Below, in pieces: positions 34,890-44,520 of a stretch of 64,000 bases of DNA. The notes below the pieces were generated by a model. That model saw only the letters and a list, made by a program, of their open reading frames with translations, ran no database searches and had not been told where the DNA came from. The DNA comes from Tagaea sp. (GTDB lineage Bacteria > Pseudomonadota > Alphaproteobacteria > CACIAM-22H2): the NCBI GenBank assembly GCA_965279525.1, contig CBDIIB010000005.1, positions 1,024,001-1,088,000 on the forward strand, in the 5' to 3' direction. How positions within the stretch are numbered: position 1 is the stretch's first letter; the number at the start of each line of letters is the position of its first letter. Made by a program: the position numbers and the translations under genes.

Positions 34890-37298
34890 TCAGTCGAGGC
34901 GAATCATTTCCACTGCTTTCCCCAGACGTTCAGCCGTTTTGTCAAGGTTGGCTAGAATGCCACCGACGTCTTTTGAGGCTTCAAGATAAATTGTTTTGTT
35001 CACGTACTTGGTTCCAGGTCCAATTGCCCACCCATCATTTTCAAGTATCCCCACCGCGGATGCCAGTCGATCTGGCCACGTTTTCTCGACTTTTGACCAA
35101 TCTGCCTCGGGATTTAATTGATTGTGGAACGTCAGAAGTACCGAGTTACTTTTTATGCTCCCCTTCAGAGCACAGAGCCGCCCCGGTCTTCCAATACGAG
35201 TGAAAGTTGCACCATCGTCGCTTGATAGATAGCTATTGTCGAATGCACGAGCAAATAGCTCTTCGGCGCAAATATCCGGGGTTATTGAAGTGAGCTTTCC
35301 TCCCAATGCGCGGTCGATTTGCGAGAGGATTGCCCCAAAAGTCCGGACAGTTATTCTAAGCTGTGATTCTGGATTGGTAGAGCTTCGAATCAACCAACGA
35401 AGACGCGCAGCTGCAGATTTCCATTTGACCTTTGGATCTTGCCTGACACCGCTAGAAATCAAACCCAACCAATCTAAAGACTTGCTTCCGCCACTTGGCG
35501 GGGGCTTACCAGTCGCGCAAAAGTACGCCGTCATTCCAATTCCATATGAGTCAACAAGTGCTGATCTTGCTGCTTCTGCGTTTCCATCAGGAAGCTGCTC
35601 GGGTGCGTAATATGCCGCCTCGTCAGTACTACCGGAAATGCTCTCGCCTTGGGCATTCGAATGCCAAGACATGTCATAGTTCAATAACGTAACACTATGC
35701 CGGGAACCTCCTTCGAATGCTTCACATGCTTCTTCATCCCAATAAAATCTGGGAACCATAATGTTTGAAGGTCTCACATCTCTATGCAACACGCTTTCAG
35801 GCAGCGCGTGGGAGTTCTCAATATGATCGCATACGTTGCAGAGAACTTTTATGCCGTCGAGCCAAAAGTCAAATTTACTATCCAGCGCGATTTGCGCCAA
35901 ATTGGCTCCGTCGACAAACTTCATAATCATGCATGATGGAATCTCAACTGCATCCACTATTTCCGCCGTACCGGGGACTTTAGCTTTTGTTAGATAACGT
36001 AGAGATTGTACACCCCGCCGGAAGCTCTCAAGTTGAGGGCCTTTTTCCAAATTCTCGATCTTAATGATCTTTAGTGCGTAGTCATTGCTCTCCGAATCCG
36101 AGATTCGCCAGATTGAAGAGAAGGGGTTGCTGGATATCTTTTCCCTAACCACATATCCAAGAAATACGTTCGATGGAGCCTCTGTTGTGACATGCCAAGA
36201 CATATAAACCGCTCTAGAGTACTTCTTTAGAAATTCTTTATACTCGGCTGAATCAGTATTTCCAGAATTGCGGGCCAATATATCTCTGGCGTATCCCGCA
36301 AGTTCACCTCGAAGTTGGTCGTCATTGTCTAGTTCAATAAGTTCTTTCGGCGTGCGGATCTTTGTGCTTCTAGCGACGGACCCTACAACTGCTGGCGCGG
36401 CAGAATCGCGAGATACAAAGTTTTTGAGACTTTCGAGAATCTCAACTATTGCCGTAGTGTGATCAATTGTGTCGTCTGAAGCTCTGGTTGGCTGATAATT
36501 TATAACCTGAAGCTGTGTTTTTGCCGCCCATTTAGCGGTAGTCCCATCATTCCTGCTCGTAATCCAAAAATGTTGGTCGAGATCAACATGACTTCTTGTC
36601 ATTTCCTCAAGGAAGCCACCAACCGCTAAGTCGTCGGCTGAAATCCCGAGAAAAACAATGGTCAAATCTTTGAGAATGTAGTCGATAAATTGCCGGTACT
36701 GGCTATTTGAAAGGAGATGACTCAAATCACCTTTAGTAAACACCCATGAGTCAGCGTTTTCATGAACGCCATGGAGATTTGCGATGAACGGCTTTCTCTG
36801 AGAAACCCGATGAATATACGGACCCGCATCTTTACCGGAAAACTCCATCGAATCTTCGTGCGAACGAATAAGGCGATGGGAACGACGGGCCATTCCATCG
36901 ATATTCAAAGTCAGAACACTCTTAACGCCGTCAAGCTTCCAAAGCTCTTCATACACTCTAGGTGGATCAACACGTTCGGCCTTCTCAAACACCTCTCGAA
37001 TCGCCGATCGATATTTTGCAGCCCCGAGAACATCCCGCAATGTCTCGAAGGAATCCCAAAGAGACGCATCCGATCCAAGACGCTCTAATCTGTCTTCAAT
37101 CTCATCTACTTTTGACGCTTCAGCAGTCAACAATTCTTGCTTAGCTTCATCGGCTAAAATGTCACGAAGTTCTGACCATGAAGGCAAGCCTGCTGGCTGG
37201 CTAATCCCCGCGCCAATCCAAAACGCAATATCCTTTGTCCGCTCTGCGTACCTGCGGCCCAAACGAAGAAAGCTACCTTGATTTGGATTGAAAAGCAT
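34890..37298 (-). CDS. SIR2-like (NADase-type) domain fused to a Ser/Thr kinase-fold domain; putative anti-phage protein on an AT-rich island
   Basis: SIR2: WIGAGISQPAGLPSW, LTLNID, NLHG, FLGISADD. Kinase: YALK, HRDVRPSNIM, YYAPEQ, DSYGIG. Markedly lower GC than the flanks. Confidence 0.8.
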   Translation of the reverse strand: MLFNPNQGSFLRLGRRYAERTKDIAFWIGAGISQPAGLPSWSELRDILADEAKQELLTAEASKVDEIEDRLERLGSDASLWDSFETLRDVLGAAKYRSAIREVFEKAERVDPPRVYEELWKLDGVKSVLTLNIDGMARRSHRLIRSHEDSMEFSGKDAGPYIHRVSQRKPFIANLHGVHENADSWVFTKGDLSHLLSNSQYRQFIDYILKDLTIVFLGISADDLAVGGFLEEMTRSHVDLDQHFWITSRNDGTTAKWAAKTQLQVINYQPTRASDDTIDHTTAIVEILESLKNFVSRDSAAPAVVGSVARSTKIRTPKELIELDNDDQLRGELAGYARDILARNSGNTDSAEYKEFLKKYSRAVYMSWHVTTEAPSNVFLGYVVREKISSNPFSSIWRISDSESNDYALKIIKIENLEKGPQLESFRRGVQSLRYLTKAKVPGTAEIVDAVEIPSCMIMKFVDGANLAQIALDSKFDFWLDGIKVLCNVCDHIENSHALPESVLHRDVRPSNIMVPRFYWDEEACEAFEGGSRHSVTLLNYDMSWHSNAQGESISGSTDEAAYYAPEQLPDGNAEAARSALVDSYGIGMTAYFCATGKPPPSGGSKSLDWLGLISSGVRQDPKVKWKSAAARLRWLIRSSTNPESQLRITVRTFGAILSQIDRALGGKLTSITPDICAEELFARAFDNSYLSSDDGATFTRIGRPGRLCALKGSIKSNSVLLTFHNQLNPEADWSKVEKTWPDRLASAVGILENDGWAIGPGTKYVNKTIYLEASKDVGGILANLDKTAERLGKAVEMIRLD

Positions 37299-37417
37299 TC
37301 CAGCACCCTTGAGATTTAATATTTTCTGGTTGTGTATTTTTTCAATTATAATTTAGTATGCATATCTCGCCGAATGTCAAATATTGGTCGACGATTCAAT
37401 TTGGACTTGTGCGGGCA

Positions 37418-38527
37418 CTACTCAATTGCCGCCACCGAACCCGCGACCGTCAGCTTCTCGACCGACGGCCAGTCCCATTCGATGCCGAGGCCCGGCGTGG
37501 TCGCCGGTGCCACGTGGCCGTCGGCGACGTGCACGGGGCTGGGGGCGACGGCGTCGAGCTGCGGGATGTATTCGAGCCAGGCCGAGTTGGGCACGGCGCA
37601 CACGAGTGCGAGGTGCAGCTCCATCAGGAAGTGCGGGGCGACGGCCACGTTGCAGCACTCGGCCATGTGCGCGACCTTCAGCCACGGCGTGATGCCGCCG
37701 ATGCGCGCCACGTCCACCTGAACGATGCCGCAGGCGTTGCGCTTCAGGTAGTCCGCGAACTGGCCGGGCGAATAGAGCGACTCGCCCACCGCGATCGGGA
37801 TCTGCGTGCCGGCCTGCAGGCGCACGTGGCCGTCCACGTCGTCGGCGGGCAGCGGCTCCTCGAACCAGTCGAGATCGAGATCGGCCCACAGCAGGGCGCG
37901 GCGCAGCGCTTCGGCCGCCGTGAAGCGCTGGTTGGCATCGACCATCAGGCAGAAGCCGGGCCCCACGGCCGCGCGCACGGCCGCAAGGCGCCTGCGGTCT
38001 TCGGCACCCGAAGGCTTGCCGACCTTGAGCTTGGCGCCCGCGAAGCCCTGTTCGCGCGCCTTCAGCGTCTCGTCGACGAGCTGTTCGGGGGGATGGTGCA
38101 GCCAGCCACCCTCGGTCGTGTAGACCGGGATGCGCGTCTTGGCCCCGCCGGCGGCCAAGTGCAGCGGCAGCTTCGCGCGCCGGCAGCGCAGGTCCCACAA
38201 GGCCGTGTCGATCGCCGCCATCGCCAGCGACGTGATGGCGCCCACCGTGGTCGCGTGCGTGTGGAAGAGCATGCCGTTCCAGATGCCCTCGATGGCGTCC
38301 GCGTCCTTGCCCAGCAGATACGGCCCCAGACAGTCGCGCAGCATCGCCATCACGGCCGAGCCGCCCGTGCCGATCGTGTAGCTGTAGCCCGTGCCCACGG
38401 CGCCGTCGGCGTCCCAGATCCGCACCATCGGCGTTTCCTGGCGCACGAAGGATTGGATGGCGTCTGTCCTTACGACCGGAGGTACGAGGTCGACCTGGCG
38501 GATTTCGATCCGGACGATGCGCGACAT
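37418..38527 (-). CDS. Mandelate racemase/muconate lactonizing enzyme family (enolase superfamily) protein
   Basis: AIDTALWDL, KLKVG, LMVDANQ, WFEEP, IAVGES, QVDVARIGGIT, APH motifs. Confidence 0.92.
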   Translation of the reverse strand: MSRIVRIEIRQVDLVPPVVRTDAIQSFVRQETPMVRIWDADGAVGTGYSYTIGTGGSAVMAMLRDCLGPYLLGKDADAIEGIWNGMLFHTHATTVGAITSLAMAAIDTALWDLRCRRAKLPLHLAAGGAKTRIPVYTTEGGWLHHPPEQLVDETLKAREQGFAGAKLKVGKPSGAEDRRRLAAVRAAVGPGFCLMVDANQRFTAAEALRRALLWADLDLDWFEEPLPADDVDGHVRLQAGTQIPIAVGESLYSPGQFADYLKRNACGIVQVDVARIGGITPWLKVAHMAECCNVAVAPHFLMELHLALVCAVPNSAWLEYIPQLDAVAPSPVHVADGHVAPATTPGLGIEWDWPSVEKLTVAGSVAAIE

Positions 38528-38639
38528 TTAGGCAGTTCCCCCGCTTTTTGAGCCCATGACAAGGGCGGTTCCGGTCGCTAGGATACCCCGGTATTCGCGA
38601 CGGGAAAATCCGCGCGACACGCATGAGGGAGGAATTCGC

Positions 38640-39638
38640 ATGCACACCAAACACGCGCGCGTGGCCGCACTGGCCGTCGGACTGGCCGTCGCCTGGGGGA
38701 TCGGTGCAGCCGATGCCCAGCAGCGCCTCAAGTTCGCCCATGTCTACGAGACCAACGAGCCCTATCACACCGAAGCGGTGTGGGCCGCACAGGAAATCCA
38801 GAAGCGCACGAACAACAAGTTCGCCATCGACGTGCATCCGGCGTCGGCACTCGGCAACGAGCAGCAGATCAACCAGGCGCTGCCGCTGGGCACGATCGAC
38901 ATGATCTATACCGGGGCCGCCTTCGCGGGCGCTTCGCATCCGCCCATCGCGATCTCGAACGCGCCCTACATGTTCCGCGACTTCAACCACTGGAAGGCGT
39001 ACTCGACCTCGGACCTGTTCAAGGAACTGGCCGACGGCTACGACCAGAAGACCAAGAACAAGGTCGTGGCGCTGACCTACTACGGGGCCCGCCACACGAC
39101 GGCCAACAAGGCGATCAACACGCCGGCCGACATGCGCGGCATGAAGCTGCGCGTTCCCCAGGCGCCGCTCTACCTGATGTACGCCAAGGCGGTGGGTGCG
39201 AACGCCACGCCGATCGCGTTCGCGGAAGTGTATCTGGCCCTCCAGAACAAGACCGTCGACGCGCAGGAGAACCCGCTGCCGACGATCCAGGCCAAGAAGT
39301 TCTACGAGGTGCAGACGCACATCAACCTCACCTCGCACATCTTCGAAAGCCTCGTGACCGTCATCGGCCCGACGCTGTGGAACCGCCTCAGTGCCGCCGA
39401 GAAGGAAACGTTCACGGCCGTGTTCCGCGAGGCCGCCGGCCGCGCCACCGACGCGATCCGTACGTCCGAACAGCAGCTTCCCGAGTGGTTCAAGGCGCAG
39501 GGCAAGACGGTCGTCACGCCCAACACGGCCGCCTTCATCCAGGCGGCGCAGCCGCTGCACAACGACGCCGCGGCCGGTGCGGGCTGGACCAAGGCCCACT
39601 ACGACCGCCTGCAGGCTCTGGGCAAGAGCGGCAGCTGA
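38640..39638 (+). CDS. TRAP transporter substrate-binding protein (DctP/SiaP-like)
   Basis: Signal peptide; YYGARH; GMKLRVP; AFAEVYLALQ..VDAQENP. Confidence 0.93.
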   Translation: MHTKHARVAALAVGLAVAWGIGAADAQQRLKFAHVYETNEPYHTEAVWAAQEIQKRTNNKFAIDVHPASALGNEQQINQALPLGTIDMIYTGAAFAGASHPPIAISNAPYMFRDFNHWKAYSTSDLFKELADGYDQKTKNKVVALTYYGARHTTANKAINTPADMRGMKLRVPQAPLYLMYAKAVGANATPIAFAEVYLALQNKTVDAQENPLPTIQAKKFYEVQTHINLTSHIFESLVTVIGPTLWNRLSAAEKETFTAVFREAAGRATDAIRTSEQQLPEWFKAQGKTVVTPNTAAFIQAAQPLHNDAAAGAGWTKAHYDRLQALGKSGS

Positions 39639-39695
39639 CGACCCGGCGGGCGGCACCCCCAAGGGGATGCCGCCCGCCCTTCTTTCCGCGACAAG

Positions 39696-40268
39696 GTGAA
39701 ATCCGTGACGAACGACAAGACCGGGCCCGATCTGGGCGACCCGATCCTGGGGCTGGCCGACGCGCCCGATCCTGAGCTGTCGAGCTACGGGCCCGAGGAC
39801 TGGGCGGCCTTCGTCTTCTTCTGGGTGCTCGCCTTCGTCGTGTTCCTGCAGTTCTTCTCGCGCTACGTGCTCAACGACTCGATCGCCTGGACCGAGGAGA
39901 TCGCGCGCTACCTGCTGATCTGCGTGTGCTTCGTGGGCGGCGGCATGGCGATGCGCAAGACCAGCCACATCCATGTCGAGTTCCTCTACGTCTATCTGCC
40001 GCGCGACGTCGGCAACTGGCTGTCGGTCGGGGTCGATGTCGTGCGCGTGCTGTTCCTGGGCTACGCCGCGTGGCTGTGCTGGAAGGTGACCGAGATCATG
40101 CATAACCAGCGCATGGTCGTGATCGACTGGCCGATGAGCATCGTGTTCGGCATCGCGACGTTCGGCTTCGCGCTGATGGCGGTGCGCGCCGTGCAGGTGG
40201 CACTCCGCCACTGGCGCGACGGCGACAGCCCGCTTACCCGCGTCAATGTCGAGGGGCGCCACCAGTGA
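39696..40268 (+). CDS. TRAP transporter small permease (DctQ)
   Basis: LQFFSRYVLNDSIAWTEEIARY; HIHVE. Confidence 0.9.
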   Translation: MKSVTNDKTGPDLGDPILGLADAPDPELSSYGPEDWAAFVFFWVLAFVVFLQFFSRYVLNDSIAWTEEIARYLLICVCFVGGGMAMRKTSHIHVEFLYVYLPRDVGNWLSVGVDVVRVLFLGYAAWLCWKVTEIMHNQRMVVIDWPMSIVFGIATFGFALMAVRAVQVALRHWRDGDSPLTRVNVEGRHQ

Positions 40269-41542
40269 CCGCTTTCCTGATGATCTCGTTCGTGGCGCTG
40301 CTGACGGTCGGCGTGCCGGTGGCCATCGCCCTTGGCGGCGCATCGCTGCTCTACGTCATGGCCGAGGACGTGTCTCCGCATCTTGTCGTCCTGCACCGGA
40401 TGGTGTCGGGCGTCGACTCGTTCCCGCTGCTGGCGATCCCGTTCTTCATCATGGCGGGCTCGCTGATGAACTCGGGCGGCATCACCGCGCGCATCTACGA
40501 TTTCGCGCTCGCCCTCGTGGGCTGGCTCAAGGGCGGGCTCGGGCACGTCAACGTCGTGGGCTCGGTCATCTTCGCGGGCATGTCGGGCACGGCGGTCGCC
40601 GACGCGGGCGGCCTTGGCAACATCGAGATCAAGGCGATGCGCGACCACGGCTACGACGTGGATTTCGCCGTCGGCATCACGGGCGCCTCCTCCACCATCG
40701 GGCCGATCATCCCGCCGTCGCTGCCGATGGTCATCTACGGCGTGATGGCCAACTGCTCGATCGGCCAGCTCTTCGCGGCGGGCCTGCTGCCGGGCCTGCT
40801 GATGGCCGGCACGATGATGTGCATGGTCGCCTGGTACGCGCATGTGCGCGGCTTCAAGCGCGACGCCACGTTCGAATGGGCCAGGCTCGCCTACACCTTC
40901 AAGCGCGCGTTCCTGCCGCTGATGACGCCGGTGCTGCTGATCGGCGGCATGACCTCGGGCCTGTTCACGCCGACCGAGGCGGCCATCGCCGCCACGGCCT
41001 ATGCGCTCGTGCTCGGCCTTTTCGTCTACCGCACGCTGTCGATCCGCGGCCTCATCCGCGTGTCGATGGAAACGGTCGAGACGACGGCGATCATCCTGTT
41101 CATCGTCGCGGGTGCTTCGATCTTCGGCTACATCATCACGACCACGAAGGTGACCGACGAGGTTGCCGGCCTCGTACTGTCGATCACGACCGAACCGTGG
41201 GCCATCCTGCTGCTCGTCAACCTGTTCCTGCTGGTCGTCGGCTGCTTCATGGAAACGATCGCCGCGATCACGATCCTGGTGCCGGTGCTGCTGCCGCTGA
41301 TGACGCAGATCGGCGTCGACCCGGTGCATTTCGGCCTGATCATGGTGCTGAACCTGATGATCGGGCTGCTCACGCCGCCGGTCGGCATGGTGCTCTACAT
41401 CCTCGCGCGCATCGCCAACATCAGCTTCGAGCGCACGACCAAGGCGTGCCTGCCGTTCCTGGTGCCGCTGCTCGCCACGCTCGGCCTCGTCACCTACTGG
41501 CCCGACTTCGTGATGCTGCTGCCGCGCTATTTCTACGGCTGA
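40265..41542 (+). CDS. TRAP transporter large permease (DctM)
   Basis: SFPLLAIPFF, GMSGTAVAD, IIPPS, TPTEA, GLLTPPVG. Confidence 0.93.
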   Translation: MTAFLMISFVALLTVGVPVAIALGGASLLYVMAEDVSPHLVVLHRMVSGVDSFPLLAIPFFIMAGSLMNSGGITARIYDFALALVGWLKGGLGHVNVVGSVIFAGMSGTAVADAGGLGNIEIKAMRDHGYDVDFAVGITGASSTIGPIIPPSLPMVIYGVMANCSIGQLFAAGLLPGLLMAGTMMCMVAWYAHVRGFKRDATFEWARLAYTFKRAFLPLMTPVLLIGGMTSGLFTPTEAAIAATAYALVLGLFVYRTLSIRGLIRVSMETVETTAIILFIVAGASIFGYIITTTKVTDEVAGLVLSITTEPWAILLLVNLFLLVVGCFMETIAAITILVPVLLPLMTQIGVDPVHFGLIMVLNLMIGLLTPPVGMVLYILARIANISFERTTKACLPFLVPLLATLGLVTYWPDFVMLLPRYFYG

Positions 41543-41546
41543 GCAC

Positions 41547-42422
41547 ATGGAACTCGTGCTGCTGGGCACCGGCTGCCCGCAATGCGACCCCGAGCGGCGC
41601 GGGCCGGCGAACCTTCTTCTCGCGCGCGGCCTCACGTTCCTCGTCGATTGCGGCTCGGGCGTCACCCAGCGCCTCGTCGAGGCGGGAACGAAGGGGGCAG
41701 CACTCGACGCCCTTTTCCTCACGCATCTGCACACCGACCATCTGGTCGATTTCTACCAGCTCGTGATCTCGGCCTGGCATCAGGGGCGCACGCGGCCGTG
41801 GCGCGTGTTCGGCCCGCCGGGCACGAAGGCGTTCGTCGACGGCACGATGGCGCTGTGGGCGACCGAGCGCGCACAACGCATCTCGCACGAGAAACGCGCG
41901 TCGACGTCCGGATTCGACATGGACGTGACCGAGATCGGCGCCGGCACGGTCTGGGATGAAGGCGGCGTGCGCGTGACCGCGGTCGCGGTCGCCCACCAGC
42001 CCGTCAAGCACGCCTTCGGCTATGTGTTCGAAGCGGACGGCCGCAAGGTCGCGTTCAGCGGCGACACGGCGTATTGCCCGGCCTTGATCGAAGCGGCGAA
42101 AGGCGCCGATGCGCTCGTCCACGAATGCTTCCTGCATGCCGAGATGCCGGTCGTCGCCGGTATACGCACAGCCGAGACGGTGGCGGCGGTCGCCTCGTAT
42201 CACACGCCGTCAGACCAGGTCGGCCGCGTGGCGCAGGAGGCGGGCGTGCGCGTGCTGATCCTCAACCATTTCGTGCCCACGCGCTTCGACCGCCACCGGC
42301 TGATGGACGAGGTCGCGGGCGGCTTCGCCGGTCCCGTGGCCATCGGCGAAGACCTGATGCGCTACGACTGCGTCCGGCGGCGCTTCACGCACCGCGACGG
42401 CGTGGTTACGCTGGGGGCATGA
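41547..42422 (+). CDS. MBL-fold metallo-hydrolase (RNase Z/AtsA-like)
   Basis: LLGTG, VDCGSG, THLHTDH, FSGDT, LVHE, YHT, LNH motifs. Confidence 0.88.
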   Translation: MELVLLGTGCPQCDPERRGPANLLLARGLTFLVDCGSGVTQRLVEAGTKGAALDALFLTHLHTDHLVDFYQLVISAWHQGRTRPWRVFGPPGTKAFVDGTMALWATERAQRISHEKRASTSGFDMDVTEIGAGTVWDEGGVRVTAVAVAHQPVKHAFGYVFEADGRKVAFSGDTAYCPALIEAAKGADALVHECFLHAEMPVVAGIRTAETVAAVASYHTPSDQVGRVAQEAGVRVLILNHFVPTRFDRHRLMDEVAGGFAGPVAIGEDLMRYDCVRRRFTHRDGVVTLGA

Positions 42423-43255
42423 ACCAGCGACCTGCACCGGGCGATCTCGTCCTCGACCACGTCGCGCACTGGGTGCCCGCGGCACCCGCGGCGGCGACGG
42501 CCCTTGCCGCCCTCGGCTTCACGGTCACGCCCTTTTCGGCACAGAGCACCGGCGACCCGCCGGTGCCCGCCGGGACCGGCAATCACTGCGTGATGCTGGA
42601 AAAGGGCTATCTCGAGTTCCTCGCCCCCACCGCCGAGACGCCCAACGCCGCCACGCTGCGCGCCGGCATCGCGCGTTACGTGGGCGTGCACCTGATCGCG
42701 TTCGGCACGGCCACCCCCGCCGCCGACCACGCAAGGCTGGCCACACAAGGCTTCAATCCGCTCGAACCCGTGGCGCTCAGCCGCCTGATCGGCACGCCCG
42801 AAGGCGAGCAGCGCGCGCGCTTCACGGTCGTGCGCACCGCCGCCGGCACGATGGCGGAAGGCCGCGTGCAGTTCGTCGAGCAGATCACGCCCGAACATCT
42901 GTGGCAGAAGCGATGGCTCGCCCATGCGAACGGCGCCACGGCCTTGCGCCGCGTCGAGCTTTGCGTCGCCGATCCGGCCGAAGCGGTCGCGCGCTTTGCC
43001 CGCTACACCGGGCTTGTTGCCGGCAGCCATGAAGGGGTGCCGTCGCTCGCGACCGCGCGCGGCGAACTCGTGTTCCGCGATCCGGCCGCCATGCGCGCCT
43101 ATCTGGGCATCGAACCGCCGTGCCTGCCCTGGATCGCCGGCTACGTGCTGGGCTGCGCCGATCTCGCGAAGGCGCCCGAGGGCCGCGAAGTCGCGAAGGG
43201 CCGCGTCGTGGCGCTCAGCGAAGCACTGGGTGGCGCCATGGTGTTCGAGGCTTAG
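42419..43255 (+). CDS. VOC/glyoxalase-like domain protein
   Basis: LDHV, LGF, GTGNHCVML..GYLEF, HANGA motifs. Confidence 0.82.
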   Translation: MNQRPAPGDLVLDHVAHWVPAAPAAATALAALGFTVTPFSAQSTGDPPVPAGTGNHCVMLEKGYLEFLAPTAETPNAATLRAGIARYVGVHLIAFGTATPAADHARLATQGFNPLEPVALSRLIGTPEGEQRARFTVVRTAAGTMAEGRVQFVEQITPEHLWQKRWLAHANGATALRRVELCVADPAEAVARFARYTGLVAGSHEGVPSLATARGELVFRDPAAMRAYLGIEPPCLPWIAGYVLGCADLAKAPEGREVAKGRVVALSEALGGAMVFEA

Positions 43256-43608
43256 ACGTACTCGATCGGGATCAGCGACTCGGTCGGCGGGCGCGAGAGT
43301 TCGACGACGAAGGCAACGCGGTCGTCGACCAGGCGCAGCTCCTTGTTCGCCTTCACCGGCAGCGGGATGCCGGTCTTCTTGCAGTGCCGGATCAGGGCCT
43401 GCGCCAATGCCGCCGAATGGAACTCGACCGACACGGCGTCGGCGCCCTTCTTGCGGAAGAACAGCTTCACCGTGAAGGTCTCGCGGTCGATCGACAGCCG
43501 GGTCGCCTGGCCCGGCGGCAGCTTGGTGCCTTGCGTGCGCGCATGCTCGATCAGCGCCACGACAAGTTCGCGGTCGTCGAAGAACACGATGCGGTATTCG
43601 CTGGTCAC
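43252..43608 (-). CDS. Hypothetical protein
   Basis: Host-like codon usage; SEYRIVFF..EL and ALIRHC....IPLP...K motifs; start uncertain (GTG at 43608). Confidence 0.65.
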   Translation of the reverse strand: MTSEYRIVFFDDRELVVALIEHARTQGTKLPPGQATRLSIDRETFTVKLFFRKKGADAVSVEFHSAALAQALIRHCKKTGIPLPVKANKELRLVDDRVAFVVELSRPPTESLIPIEYV

Positions 43609-43695
43609 GTCGGTCAAGGCCCCGGCGGCGGCTAATTCGAATAAGGGCGTCTTATAGACTTTCCGCGTCCGGGGCCACAACCCCGTCGGGAATGC

Positions 43696-44460
43696 TCAGA
43701 AGCGGTCCTTCGCACCCCGCACGGCGGCGAACACCGCGTCGGGCGAAGATCCGGCAAGCCCCATCGCCTGCGCCAGGCCCGCATCGTCGGCACGCAGGAA
43801 CGGATTGGTGCGCTTCTCGAGGCCCAGCAGCGACGGCACGGTCGCAAGGCCCTGCGCGCGCGCCGCGTCCACGTCCTTCGCGCGCGCGACGAGATCGGCG
43901 TTGCCGCCATCGACCGACAGCGCGAATCGCGCGTTGCTCTGGGTGTATTCGTGCGCGCAATAGACCTGGGTGTCGTCCGGCAGGGCGCGCAGCTTGCCCA
44001 GCGAGTTCCACATCTGCGCCGGCGTGCCCTCGAACAGCCGGCCGCAGCCAAGTGCAAACAGCGTGTCGCCGCAGAACAGCGCCTTTTCGGCGGAAAACCA
44101 GAACGCGATATGGCCGCGCGTGTGGCCCGGCACGTCGAAAACCCGGGCGGCAGCCTCGCCCAGCCGGTACGTGTCGCCGTCGGCGACGGCCACGTCGATT
44201 CCCGGGATTCGGGCGGCATCGGCCTGCGGCCCGACGATCGTGCAGCCCCAGCGCTGCTTAAGCGCAAGATTTCCGCCGACATGGTCGTCGTGGTGATGGG
44301 TATTCAAGATATGGGTGAGGATGAAGCCCCGGGCGACCAGCCTTGCCTCGACCGGCTCGGCATCGGCCGGGTCGACGACGGCGACGGCCCCGGTCTCCGG
44401 CTCATGGACCAGCCAGATATAGTTATCCGTCCGGCAGGGGATACGTTCGATCTCGAGCAT
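43696..44460 (-). CDS. gloB: Hydroxyacylglutathione hydrolase (glyoxalase II)
   Basis: DNYIW, THHHDDHVGG, PGHTRGH, GDTLF.LGCGR, CAHEYT, NPFLR. Confidence 0.95.
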   Translation of the reverse strand: MLEIERIPCRTDNYIWLVHEPETGAVAVVDPADAEPVEARLVARGFILTHILNTHHHDDHVGGNLALKQRWGCTIVGPQADAARIPGIDVAVADGDTYRLGEAAARVFDVPGHTRGHIAFWFSAEKALFCGDTLFALGCGRLFEGTPAQMWNSLGKLRALPDDTQVYCAHEYTQSNARFALSVDGGNADLVARAKDVDAARAQGLATVPSLLGLEKRTNPFLRADDAGLAQAMGLAGSSPDAVFAAVRGAKDRF

Positions 44461-44520
44461 CGCACCATTGTATCGGAGAAGAGCCAACAGTTAATATGCC
44501 CGTCTTCGCGGAGAGACGCC

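Noticed and set aside
37345-37380. Canonical sigma70 promoter for the SIR2-kinase gene
   Set aside because: TTGACA and TATAAT are both present on the minus strand but 24 nt apart, so no specific promoter is called.
39645-39678. Hairpins after the dctP genes (also about 9718-9744)
   Set aside because: Ordinary mRNA-stabilising stem-loops typical of transporter operons.
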